Assembly: GCF_000284115.1 (NCBI RefSeq)
Contig: NC_017080.1
Span: 3,180,001-3,212,000, forward strand
Source: Phycisphaera mikurensis NBRC 102666
GTDB lineage: Bacteria; Planctomycetota; Phycisphaerae; Phycisphaerales; Phycisphaeraceae
DNA length: 32,000 bases
Reading direction: 5' to 3'
Of this stretch, positions 1-8,379 are shown piece after piece. The translations under genes and the position numbers were made by a program. The notes beneath the pieces are model-generated. The model did no database searches and had not been told where the DNA came from. It worked only from the letters and a program-made list of their open reading frames with translations. Position 1 is the first letter of the stretch; every line of letters begins with the position of its first letter.

Positions 1-433
1 GCAGCCCGCCCTTGATCTTGCGGAGGACCTTGCCCTCGACGGTGTCGCCCTCGCCCTTCTCGGCGGTGACGACCTCCCAGCCGCGGATGCGGTCGGCCTT
101 GCGCTTCGAGACCTCGACCACGCCGCCCTGACCCTCAACGGACTCCAGGAAGACCTCGACGGTGTCGCCGATCTCCACGTCGTGGTGGTCGTCGAATTCG
201 GTCTTGTCGAGGATGCCTTCGCTCTTGAGCCCCAGCTCGACGAGGAAGTCGTCGCCGGCGCGGCCGATGATCTTGCCCTGGATGAGGCTGCCGGGCTTGA
301 AGTCGCCGATCGTGTCGGCGAGCAGCTCTTCCATGTCGCCGTCCGCGACCTTCTGGCCCAGGGCCTCGAGGATCATGGCGTCGGCTTCGTCGTCTTCGAC
401 GGAGAGCGAGTGGATCAGGTTCTTGTCAACCAA
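1..433 (-). CDS. rpsA: 30S ribosomal protein S1, N-terminal portion (gene continues past the left window edge)
   Basis: My own minus-strand translation; absent from the ORF track because the window edge truncates it. Sequence: LVDKNLIHSLSVEDDEADAMILEALGQKVADGDMEELLADTIGDFKPGSLIQGKIIGRAGDDFLVELGLKSEGILDKTEFDDHHDVEIGDTVEVFLESVEGQGGVVEVSKRKADRIRGWEVVTAEKGEGDTVEGKVLRKIKGGL. This fits the RpsA domain 1/2 pattern (GxKSEGxI, SxRKAxRxxxW, GxVxxxxKGG). The start is uncertain: TTG at 433, ATG at 376 or ATG at 334. Upstream of 433 this frame turns Arg-rich and loses its GC3 bias. Confidence 0.85.
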   Translation of the reverse strand, partial: MVDKNLIHSLSVEDDEADAMILEALGQKVADGDMEELLADTIGDFKPGSLIQGKIIGRAGDDFLVELGLKSEGILDKTEFDDHHDVEIGDTVEVFLESVEGQGGVVEVSKRKADRIRGWEVVTAEKGEGDTVEGKVLRKIKGGL

Positions 434-947
434 AGGAGTCGGATTTCCTACCGCGGGGAAGAGGCACCCGCGGCCGCCGCGCGGCGGCCGATGACGGGTC
501 CGGAGGCGGCGGGAACGCCTCGCGAGCGACAGCAACCATCGGGAAGATGGGCGCCGACGGCACAGGATAGCGGGAGACGCGGCGGAAGATCCTGCATCGC
601 CCCTTCCCACGCGACGCGCTGCAGCGGGGGCGGATTCCCGGCCCGGGAAGAACACCCGCACCGGCGGTCGCTGCCGCGGGCCGGCCCGAGGAGGACGCCT
701 GGACACCGCAAGCCCTGGGGCGCCAGCGTGTTGCGAGATCCCGCGAGAGCTGCGGTGCCCGGAGGGCTTCGGCTCCGAAACCGACTGCGGGCTTCCGCCC
801 CGCGGGGTAGGGGTATCCGCCTAGCATTCTCGGCTCGCGTGCCGCGGCACCCGCCCGGCAACGGCCCCCGACCGCGTCGCAGCCCGAGCCTGCGAGCGAA
901 CCCCGCGGACCCCGTCGGAGTCCGAGAGAAAAGACTGGAATCTGATT

Positions 948-1514
948 ATGCAGACCAACCACATGCTCCCTTCCACGATCGCGTGCACCCTCGGCGTCTG
1001 CCTGCTGGCCACCGCCGCTTCCGCGGAGGATCACGCGTCGCACGCGATCCCGGAGCAGGACGTTCTGGACGTCCAGAAGGAGTGGGGCGAAGGCATCGTC
1101 GCCATCTCCAAGGTCCACAAGGAGGGCGGCGATTACACCGCCCGCGCCGAGGAGCACATCAACGAGCTCTACGCCTACGACCTCGGCGACGTGATGTTCA
1201 AGCCGACGCTTGCCGCTGAAGACCAGTTCCGCGAGACCTTCGAAGAGGCGCTGTCGTACTTCGTCGGCACCGAGGGCTCGGAAGACAAGGGCTTCGCCAT
1301 CTCCGGCTGGACCGACGTCCGCTGGGAGAGCAACGGCGTTTACACGGACGACAACTCGGCCACCGCGATGGGCAACTACTTCTTCAAGAAGGCCGACGGA
1401 TCGGAAACCAAGGTCGAGTACACCTTCGGCTACGTGAAAGACGACGACGGCAACCTCAAGATCAACCTGCACCACTCGTCGCTGCCCTTCGATCCCTCGC
1501 CGATCGCGGAGTGA
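948..1514 (+). CDS. Secreted NTF2-like (SnoaL/DUF4440-like fold) protein of unknown function
   Basis: ORF track 948..1514 (188 aa). N-terminal signal peptide (MLPSTIACTLGVCLLATAASA-EDH). Strong GC3 bias and non-repetitive composition. The mature part (VMFKPTLA, ALSYFVG, AMGNYFF, VEYTFGY, LKINLHHSS) resembles a conserved NTF2-like family that I recognise only at fold level. An AG-rich stretch (gagagaaaag) lies upstream of the ATG. Confidence 0.7.
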   Translation: MQTNHMLPSTIACTLGVCLLATAASAEDHASHAIPEQDVLDVQKEWGEGIVAISKVHKEGGDYTARAEEHINELYAYDLGDVMFKPTLAAEDQFRETFEEALSYFVGTEGSEDKGFAISGWTDVRWESNGVYTDDNSATAMGNYFFKKADGSETKVEYTFGYVKDDDGNLKINLHHSSLPFDPSPIAE

Positions 1515-1518
1515 CGCC

Positions 1519-1554
1519 GGGGATCTGGGGGATCCGGGGGACAGGGAACCTGGG
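1519..1554 (+). other. G-quadruplex-type motif, five G-runs: GGGG-atct-GGGGG-atcc-GGGGG-aca-GGG-aacct-GGG
   Basis: Read directly from the sequence just after the stop codon at 1512-1514. It satisfies the G3+N1-7 x4 rule. G-runs are common in DNA this GC-rich, so significance is unclear. Confidence 0.4.
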
Positions 1555-1705
1555 AGACAGACCCCGGGACCCGTTGCCGGCACCGAACCGTCTTCCTCAA
1601 GGACCAGGGGCCAGGCCCCGGCGGACCCCGGCGGACCCGGGGCGGACCCGGAAGCGGGGCCCGCAGGCCGGTCGAGACCCGCGGACCCCGGGTGGGGGCA
1701 GCCGC

Positions 1706-3742
1706 TCAGGTGAGGTACGTGTACCCGGCCAGGCCTTCTTCGTAGAAGCGGCGGAGCGTCGCCGCCTCCTCGCCGGTCAGCCGGCCGTCGGCGGCCGCGG
1801 CCTCGACGCTCTTGCCGAAGCGGCGGGACAGCTCCTCGGGGCGGTACTGCACGTAGCCGAGCACCTCGGCGACGGTGTCGCCGAGCACGATCTCGTCGAT
1901 CCTGGCCCGCCCCGTGGCGTCGACTTCCACGTGGACGGCGTTGACGTCGCCGAAGAGGTTGTGCAGGTCGCCGAGGGTTTCCTGGTACGCGCCCACGAGG
2001 AAGACGCCCAGCAGGTAGTCGTCGCCGGGCTCGAGGTCGTGCAGCTCGAGGGCTTGGCGCACCTTGCCGGGTTCCGCCGCGGAGGGGATGAACGCGTCGA
2101 GCTTGCCGTCGGAGTCGCAGGTGATGTCGGCGAGGGCGCCCAGGCGGGTGGGCTTCTCGCCGAGCCGCTGCAGCGGCATCACCGGGAAGCGCTGGCCGAT
2201 CGCCCAGGCGTCGGGCAGGCTCTGGAAGATGGAGCCGTTGCAGAAGTAGGTCGCGTGGACGAGCGAGCCGAGCTCGGCGATCTCCTCGGGCAGGCGGTCG
2301 GTGCGGCCGGCGTCCAGGTCGGCCTGGGCTCTTGCGCGGATCCGCGCGACCACGGCGTAGAAGAGCCGCTCGGCGGCGGCGCGGTCGGCGAGGGTGCAGT
2401 GGCCCAGCGTGAACAGCGAGAGCACCTGCTCGCGTGCGACCTGGGCGTCGTGCAGGCACTCACGCAGGTTGTGACCGGTTTCCAGGTCGTCGAGCGTGCC
2501 CCAGAGGGTCCGCACCGGGGCGGGCACGGCCGCAAGATCGGCCGGCTTCTGCGGCGGGCGGAAGCGCTCCACGCCCGAGACGCCGGTCACGTCCATCACC
2601 AGCACCGTCGAGTGGGCGACCATCGCGCGGCCGGCCTCGGTGATCAGCGTCGGCACCGGCACGCCGGCCTCGCCGCACACCTCCTTCACGTGCCACACGA
2701 CGTTGTTCGCGTACTCCTGCAGCGTGTAGTTGACGCCGCCCGACTGCCCGTGGCCCCCGAGGTCCGCGGGCTCGCTCTCGCCGGTGCCGTCGTAGTCCAC
2801 GCCCATCCCGCCGCCGACGTCGAGGAAGCGCAGGCCCGCGCCCATCCGCGAGAGCTCGGTGTACACGCGGGCGGCCTCGACGACGGCCGCCTTGAACGCC
2901 CGCATGTCGGTGAGCTGGCTTCCCAGGTGGAAGTGAACCAGCTGAAGGCAGTCGAGCATGCCGTGCGCCTCCAGCCGCTCGACCGCCTCGATGACCTCCG
3001 AGACGAAGAGCCCGAACTTGGCCCGCTCGCCGCCGCTGCCGGCCCAGCGGCCGGCGCCGGCGCTCGCGAGCTTCACGCGGATGCCGATCGGCGGGCGGAC
3101 GTCGTGTTCCTGCGCCATCCGGATGATGAGCGGCAGCTCGTCGGCCTTCTCCACGACCGGGATCACGGTCCGGCCGAGCTTGTTGGCCAGCACCACGCCC
3201 TCGATGTAGCGGGCGTCCTTGAAACCGTTGCAGACGATCAGCGGCTCGTTGCCGGGCTCTTCTTCGCGTTCGTCCAGGAGCGCGAGCACCGCGAGCAGCT
3301 CGGGCTTGCTCCCGGCTTCGAGGCCGAAGCCGTGCTTGCGGCCGGCTTCCAGCAGCTCCTCGACGACGTGTCGCTGCTGGTTCACCTTGATGGGGTAGAC
3401 GCCGCGGTAGCGGCCGGCGTAGTTCATCTCGGCGATGGCCGCGTCGAAGGCGCCGGCGATGGTGGCGAGGCGGTCGTCGAGGATGCCCGGGAAGCGCAGC
3501 AGCATCGGGGTGCGGACGCCGCGGGTGCGGAGCTGTGCGACCAGCGCGGGCAGGTCCACGCCGATGGCGGGATCCCGGTTCGGCGACACCGTCGCGTTGC
3601 CCCCGGCGCTCACGTGGAAGTACCCGCCCCCCCAACGCTCCACCCCGTAGAGGCGGGCGGAGTCGGCGGGCGACCAGGAGCCGCGAGCGGGGGAGGCCGC
3701 GGCGGGAGCGGTGGCGGGTTCAGCGGCGGAGTTTGCGGTCAA
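1706..3742 (-). CDS. speA: Biosynthetic arginine decarboxylase
   Basis: C-terminal ~678 codons of ORF 1706..4366. SpeA hallmarks: YGVERWGGGYFHV, GVYPIKVNQQRHVVEELL (PLP-lysine region), FGLEAGSKPEL, LVHFHLGSQ, LDVGGGMGVDYDG, FCNGSIFQSLPD, ITCDSDG, GAYQETLGDLHNLFG. There is no in-frame ATG upstream of the conserved N-terminus, so I placed the start at TTG 3742. The 208 codons further upstream overlap the opposite-strand gene at 3812 and look non-coding. Confidence 0.93.
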   Translation of the reverse strand: MTANSAAEPATAPAAASPARGSWSPADSARLYGVERWGGGYFHVSAGGNATVSPNRDPAIGVDLPALVAQLRTRGVRTPMLLRFPGILDDRLATIAGAFDAAIAEMNYAGRYRGVYPIKVNQQRHVVEELLEAGRKHGFGLEAGSKPELLAVLALLDEREEEPGNEPLIVCNGFKDARYIEGVVLANKLGRTVIPVVEKADELPLIIRMAQEHDVRPPIGIRVKLASAGAGRWAGSGGERAKFGLFVSEVIEAVERLEAHGMLDCLQLVHFHLGSQLTDMRAFKAAVVEAARVYTELSRMGAGLRFLDVGGGMGVDYDGTGESEPADLGGHGQSGGVNYTLQEYANNVVWHVKEVCGEAGVPVPTLITEAGRAMVAHSTVLVMDVTGVSGVERFRPPQKPADLAAVPAPVRTLWGTLDDLETGHNLRECLHDAQVAREQVLSLFTLGHCTLADRAAAERLFYAVVARIRARAQADLDAGRTDRLPEEIAELGSLVHATYFCNGSIFQSLPDAWAIGQRFPVMPLQRLGEKPTRLGALADITCDSDGKLDAFIPSAAEPGKVRQALELHDLEPGDDYLLGVFLVGAYQETLGDLHNLFGDVNAVHVEVDATGRARIDEIVLGDTVAEVLGYVQYRPEELSRRFGKSVEAAAADGRLTGEEAATLRRFYEEGLAGYTYLT

Positions 3743-3811
3743 TTCGGCTCTCGGAGGGCGCGGGGCGGGACAGTAGAAACAGGCCCGGCCGTGGGTTGCG
3801 TACGGTTGACC

Positions 3812-4348
3812 ATGACGCCCGTCGCCCCCTCCCTGCTGGCCTGCTTCGCCGCGCTGCTCGCCGGGCTGTGCTTCCTGAACGCGCCGGGCACGCTGGCGCA
3901 GGACGGCGCCGACCCGCCGCGGCCGACGCCCGAGCTCACCCCGATGGAGGTGCTGGCCTTCCAGATCGAGGGCCTGAAGGAAGCGGCCGACGCGCACGCC
4001 GACGCGGACCGCGGGATGCGAACGGTCTGGGCCTTCGCCTGCCCGGCGAACCAGGCACAAACCGGCCCCTTCGACCGCTTCGACGCGATGGTCCGCACCG
4101 GCTACCCGATCCTCGTCGGCCACCGCGAGGCGGTGGTGCTCGAGCTGGTGCCGCCGGAGGAGGACCGCCCCGACGCCTGCTTCGCGCTGCTGCGGGTCAC
4201 GGGCGCCGACGGGTCGCGCGGCTGGTTCATCTGGCACCTCACCCGCGAGGCCGACGGCCCCCTCGCCGGCTGCTGGATGACCGCCGCCGTCGTGCCGGCG
4301 CCCGCGCCCGGTGAGGAGAACGACGACGCCGGGGCCGGCGTGGTGTAG
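3812..4348 (+). CDS. Secreted DUF4864-like (NTF2-like) protein
   Basis: Only the last 178 codons of ORF 1511..4348 are credible. ATG 3812 opens a signal peptide (MTPVAPSLLACFAALLAGLCFLNAPGTLA-QDG). The body (VLAFQIEGLK, VWAFACPANQAQTGPFDRFDAMVRTGYPILVGHREAVVLE, WFIWHLTRE, GCWMTAAV) matches my recollection of the DUF4864 pattern. Confidence 0.7.
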   Translation: MTPVAPSLLACFAALLAGLCFLNAPGTLAQDGADPPRPTPELTPMEVLAFQIEGLKEAADAHADADRGMRTVWAFACPANQAQTGPFDRFDAMVRTGYPILVGHREAVVLELVPPEEDRPDACFALLRVTGADGSRGWFIWHLTREADGPLAGCWMTAAVVPAPAPGEENDDAGAGVV

Positions 4349-4381
4349 CCCGGGCCGCCGCGGCAACGCCCACGGTGCCGA

Positions 4382-5938
4382 TCAGCCCAGCCGCTGCATC
4401 AGCGCCGGCGCCACCTTCTTGGGGTTCGCCTTGCCGCCGGACTCCTTCATGACGCGGCCGACGAGGGCGCCGATGGCTTTCTTCTTGCCGGCTTTCACGT
4501 CCTCGATGGCGGGGGCCATGGCCGGATCGGCCAGCGCGGCGGCGACCCAGGCGTCGAGCTCGTCGGCGTTGTCGGTGAGGAGCAGGCCGTGCTCGGCGGC
4601 GACGCTCTCGGCGGGCGCGTCGGTGCCGCGGAGGGTTTCGAGCAGGTCGCCGGCGGAGGAGGAGGCGATTTGATCGGACGCGAGCAGCTTCAGCACGCCG
4701 GCGGTCTGCTCGGCGGAAGCACCAAGACCCGCGAGGTCGGTGCCGGCGGCGTTGGCGGCCTGCATCGCGGTGTTCAGGAGGAAAGCGGCGGCTTTCGCGG
4801 CGTCCGGAGCGCCGGCGTCGAGCACGGCGTCGAGGTACGCACACGCGGAGGGCTCGGCCATCAGCACCTCGGCGTCGGCTTGCTTGATGCCGAGTTCCGC
4901 GTAGCGGGAACGGCGGGCGCTCGGCAGCTCGGGCTGGCTCGCCCGGATCTCCGCGAGCCACTCCTCCCCGACGGAGACCTCGACGAGGTCCGGATCCGGG
5001 AAGTAGCGGTAGTCCTGCGCGTCCTCCTTCTCGCGCTGCACCGTCGTCACCATCGCGGCGTCGTCCCAGCCGCGGGTGGCCTTCGCGCCCGGCCGCATGA
5101 CCTTCCCGTCTCTCACCCACTGGTCCACCTGCCGGCGGTGCTCGTGCTCGATCGCGCCACGCACCGCCTTGAAGCTGTTGAGATTCTTCACCTCGACGAT
5201 CGGGGTCTTGAACTCGGTCCCGTCGGCGTCGCGGATGACGACGTTGATGTTGGGCTCGAAACGCACGTGACCGCGCTGCATCACGCCCGCGGTGACGCCG
5301 AGGTGCCGCACCAGCTCGCGCAGCCGCTCGCAGAAGACCACGGCTTCGTCCGCGGTCTTCACGTCCGGCTCGCTGACGATCTCCAGGAGCGGCGTGCCGG
5401 CGCGGTTGAGGTCGACGAAGCTGACATCCTCGTTCGACTCGTCTGCGAGGTGCTGCTCGGCGGCGGGCAGCTCGTGCATCAGCTTGCCGGCGTCCTCTTC
5501 GAGATGGGCCCGGGTCACGCGGATCGGCCGGGGGGCACCGGGCGTGCCGGCGTCGAGCGAGCCGCCGAGGCAGAGCGGCCGGTCGTACTGGCTGATCTGG
5601 TAGTTCTTCGGCAGGTCGGGGTAGAAGTAGCTTTTGCGGTCCCAGTTGGCCGAATCGGCGATCTCGCTGCCGAGCGCGAGCCCGACGCGGACGGACATCT
5701 CCACCGCGGCCCGGTTCATCACCGGCAGCGTCCCGGGCAGGGCAACGACGACCGGGTCGGCCAGCGCGTTGGGCGCGGCGTCGAAGAAGTCGGGGTGCGC
5801 CACGTTGGGCGCCGACGTCCACATCTTCGTCCGCGTCATCAATTCGACGTGCACCTCCATGCCGACGACCAGCGTGGTCGTGAGGCCGTGGGGCTCGCCG
5901 GGATCGGACGCTCCGCTTCGCGGGTTGGGGTCTGGCAC
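4382..5938 (-). CDS. gatB: Asp-tRNA(Asn)/Glu-tRNA(Gln) amidotransferase subunit B
   Basis: 3' part of ORF 4382..6238. GatB motifs: VVGMEVHVELMTRTKMW, ALPGTLPVMN, DRKSYFYPDLPKNYQISQYD, RAHLEEDAGK, DLNRAGTPLLEIVSEPD, RFEPNINV, EVKNLNSF, and the C-terminal GatB/YqeY tail (KAIGALVGRVMKESGGKANPKKV). The start is set at GTG 5938, 23 codons before the conserved GMEVHV; the upstream 100 codons are Pro/Ser-rich and non-homologous. Confidence 0.93.
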   Translation of the reverse strand: MPDPNPRSGASDPGEPHGLTTTLVVGMEVHVELMTRTKMWTSAPNVAHPDFFDAAPNALADPVVVALPGTLPVMNRAAVEMSVRVGLALGSEIADSANWDRKSYFYPDLPKNYQISQYDRPLCLGGSLDAGTPGAPRPIRVTRAHLEEDAGKLMHELPAAEQHLADESNEDVSFVDLNRAGTPLLEIVSEPDVKTADEAVVFCERLRELVRHLGVTAGVMQRGHVRFEPNINVVIRDADGTEFKTPIVEVKNLNSFKAVRGAIEHEHRRQVDQWVRDGKVMRPGAKATRGWDDAAMVTTVQREKEDAQDYRYFPDPDLVEVSVGEEWLAEIRASQPELPSARRSRYAELGIKQADAEVLMAEPSACAYLDAVLDAGAPDAAKAAAFLLNTAMQAANAAGTDLAGLGASAEQTAGVLKLLASDQIASSSAGDLLETLRGTDAPAESVAAEHGLLLTDNADELDAWVAAALADPAMAPAIEDVKAGKKKAIGALVGRVMKESGGKANPKKVAPALMQRLG

Positions 5939-6035
5939 GTGGAGGTTTCCGCAGGGGTCCGAAAGCTGTTTGGAGCCGCGGATCGCGGCGGCTGCGGTGA
6001 CCGATGATCGGCGGTCCGCGGTCGCTCTCGAAGGG

Positions 6036-7475
6036 TCAGACCAGCACGTCGCCGCTGGTGGAGGCGGCTGGAAGCTCGACTTCCCCGGCGTCGACGCGGG
6101 CTTTGAGGTCGGCGGCGTCCATGGCGGTGGTGGCTTTGAGTTCCAGGTTGCCCGAGGGAGCGGTGCCGCCGGCGTCTTCGATCCACTTCGCGGCGCGGGC
6201 CCGCTGGAGCTGCTTGCTCTCGGCGGGCGAGTCCGCAACGATCCTGCCCTCTTCGTCGGCGTTCTTGATCGGGGCGAACTCCTCGTCGCGCTTCGTCTCC
6301 AGGATGATCGAGGCGGAGGTCAGCGGCAGCGCGTCGAAGACGAAGGTCTCCAGCTTCACGGCGTTCGGCTCGGCAGGCTTCACCTCCTCGCCGGTTTCGG
6401 TGTCGACGAAGGGCACCTTCTTGTCGGCACGATTCCAGGGCAGGCCAAAGCCATCGCCACCATTGAGCCGCTCGACAAACGGCACGGCGATGACGTGGAT
6501 GGCGATCGACCCGGCGGAAAACTTCAGCGAGCCGTCCTCTCTCGTGGCGGTCGCCAGCTCGTCGGGCATCACCGTGTACTCGATCACGGCCATCTTCCCG
6601 TTCACCACCGCGAAGTTGCCGACCTTCTCCATCGGGCCGCGCTTCGTGAGGGCCTTGCTGCTCATGTCGGCCTTCGCCTCGGCGTGCAGACCGATGAACA
6701 GCGGGTCGATCGTCTTGACGATCGGGTTGTCGACCTGGAAGTAGCTGATCTGCTCGACGCCCCGACGCTTCATGTCGTCGATCGCCCCGCTGGTCCAGAG
6801 CGCCTTGAGCGAGCCGCCGTGGCCGTTGGGCGAGAGGGCAAGCGCATCCTTGCTCGCGAGCAGGCACTTGGCCGTGGTCGCGTCGAAGGCGGGCATCATC
6901 GCCTGCTGGAAGAGCATGACGTTCTTTTCGCCAAGACCGAAGAAGTCGTTCTTGCGGAAGAAAGCCTCGGTGTCGGCGTGGTTGACGCCGGAGGTCAGCA
7001 CGTACAGCGGCGGCTGCTGGCCGTACCTCGTCTTCACGCGGAGCAGCTGCTCGGCGAAGACGCCGAAGAGCGAGAGCCCGCGCACGGGCGTGGCGGGGAA
7101 GGTGCCCTTGGGGGCGTCCCAACCCAGCCGCGTCCCCTGGCCGCCGGCGACGCAGAAGGCGGCCACCTTGCCGCCGCGGAGCAGCTCCTCACCGGCCGCT
7201 CGCGCGTCGGCGTAGGCCCGCTCGCGGTCGGCCGGCGGGTCGGCGGGGAACACCTCCGGGGCCGATACGTCGTCGGGCAGGTCGGCCGAGGGCCGCCGCT
7301 TCACGTGGCTCTCCACCAGCCGCGCCACCTCCGGCCAGTCGATGCCCTCGACCTGGCCGAGCAGCTGCTCCTTGCCCGCGTCGTCGAGGTCGCCGTAGAA
7401 GGCGAGCACGTGGCCCTGGCCGGCTTCCTGGAGGGTTCGTTCGGCGGCTTCGTGGCGTTCGGCGAGGGTGGGCAT
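6036..7475 (-). CDS. UDP-N-acetylglucosamine (UDP-sugar) pyrophosphorylase, eukaryote-type UAP1/UDPGP family
   Basis: ORF 6036..7475 (479 aa). Motifs: VAGGQGTRLGWDAPKG (the UAP1-type nucleotide-binding loop), PLYVLTS, SPNGHGG, YFQVDNP, EKVGNF, KLETFVFDA. Confidence 0.85.
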   Translation of the reverse strand: MPTLAERHEAAERTLQEAGQGHVLAFYGDLDDAGKEQLLGQVEGIDWPEVARLVESHVKRRPSADLPDDVSAPEVFPADPPADRERAYADARAAGEELLRGGKVAAFCVAGGQGTRLGWDAPKGTFPATPVRGLSLFGVFAEQLLRVKTRYGQQPPLYVLTSGVNHADTEAFFRKNDFFGLGEKNVMLFQQAMMPAFDATTAKCLLASKDALALSPNGHGGSLKALWTSGAIDDMKRRGVEQISYFQVDNPIVKTIDPLFIGLHAEAKADMSSKALTKRGPMEKVGNFAVVNGKMAVIEYTVMPDELATATREDGSLKFSAGSIAIHVIAVPFVERLNGGDGFGLPWNRADKKVPFVDTETGEEVKPAEPNAVKLETFVFDALPLTSASIILETKRDEEFAPIKNADEEGRIVADSPAESKQLQRARAAKWIEDAGGTAPSGNLELKATTAMDAADLKARVDAGEVELPAASTSGDVLV

Positions 7476-7566
7476 GGAGGGAAGATAAGAAGCGGCCTCG
7501 GGATGGACCTTCTCGCAAGCGAGCGCGAGAGCGCCGGCGGGGTGATCGCACGCCCCGCAGACTCTC

Positions 7567-8379
7567 TCACACGATCTGTTGTTCTCTCGCCCGCTCGCCC
7601 GGCGCCGCCACGCCCCCCACCATCGACACCGCGTGCCCGACGAAGAAGGGACCGAGCCGCTCGAGGTAGAGGCTCGTCTGCTTCGTCTTGCGCATGGCCT
7701 GCACGAGCTTCGAGAGCGGCGAGAGGTCCGGGCCCATCAACCCGATCACGAAGTCGCTGTCCGCGGCGTCGAGGCCGTGGCAGGCGAGGCGGACGTCGTG
7801 GGCGGCGTCGTCTTGCGCGAAGCCCATGCCCAGCTCGCCGTGCTCCTTGAGCATCGCCCGCTGCTCGGCCTCGGGGAGCGCGGCGAAGGCGCCGGCGCGT
7901 CGCAGGGGGTACCAGATCGCCCACGGCCAGGCCGGCTGCCAGGCGTGCCGCCGCGGCTTGTGCAGCAGCGTGTCGTCGAGGTCGCGCTCGTAGCCGATCG
8001 CGTACGTCCGTCCGAACATGGTGAACGCGGGCCGCGGGGTCAGCGACGACCAGGGCGGCGAGGCCAGCAGCGCCCGCAGCGTCGTCGGGAAGAAGCCGGG
8101 GTCCTCGCTGCAGGTGAGCAGCCCGACGCCGCGTGGATCGTTGACGTCGGCGTAGAGCACGGCCTCGTGGCCCGCTTCCGCGAGCGAAGCGGCCAGCGGC
8201 GCCGTGTCCGCGGCGCCGGTGAACACGAGCAGCTGCACGAACAGCCGCCGGGCGGATCGTGCGCCCCCGCCGCCGACCTCGTCGAGCTCGGGCACGGCCG
8301 CCCCGGGGCGGTCACCGGCGGCGGGAGGGGCTTGGCTCGCGCCCGACGACGAACCGGGATGCCAGAGCCTGCGCGTCAC
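7567..8379 (-). CDS. Chlorite dismutase family protein (Cld/HemQ-like heme enzyme)
   Basis: 3' part of ORF 7567..8910. The C-terminal half aligns by eye with HemQ/Cld: WAIWYPLRRAG, LPEAEQRAMLKEHGELG (proximal His), GLDAADSDFVIGLMGPD, SKLVQAMRKTKQ, LGPFFVG. The proposed start is GTG 8379, which overlaps the stop of the upstream response-regulator gene (GTGA). An alternative start is GTG 8295. Confidence 0.78.
   Translation of the reverse strand: MTRRLWHPGSSSGASQAPPAAGDRPGAAVPELDEVGGGGARSARRLFVQLLVFTGAADTAPLAASLAEAGHEAVLYADVNDPRGVGLLTCSEDPGFFPTTLRALLASPPWSSLTPRPAFTMFGRTYAIGYERDLDDTLLHKPRRHAWQPAWPWAIWYPLRRAGAFAALPEAEQRAMLKEHGELGMGFAQDDAAHDVRLACHGLDAADSDFVIGLMGPDLSPLSKLVQAMRKTKQTSLYLERLGPFFVGHAVSMVGGVAAPGERAREQQIV

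Noticed and set aside
434-947. Possible gene or RNA in the 514-bp rpsA / 948-gene divergent spacer
   Set aside because: No frame shows GC3 bias, and the listed ORFs 448..861 and 821..1012 are shadows. I saw no tRNA-like T-loop or known RNA motif. It is probably promoters plus a long rpsA leader. S1 genes are known to have autoregulated leaders, but I cannot support anything specific here.
426-2459. 677-aa minus-strand ORF spanning the rpsA leader, the 948-1514 gene and the 3' end of speA
   Set aside because: Its composition is Arg/Pro/Gly/Ala-rich low complexity and it runs antisense or out of frame to genes with clear homology. This is the typical shadow ORF of very GC-rich DNA, where stop codons are rare.
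1511-3811. 5' 767 codons of the 945-aa + strand ORF 1511..4348
   Set aside because: This part is exactly antisense to speA and translates to a repetitive Gly/Ala/Arg/Val-rich product. Only the last 178 codons, starting at the ATG-plus-signal-peptide at 3812, look like a real gene.
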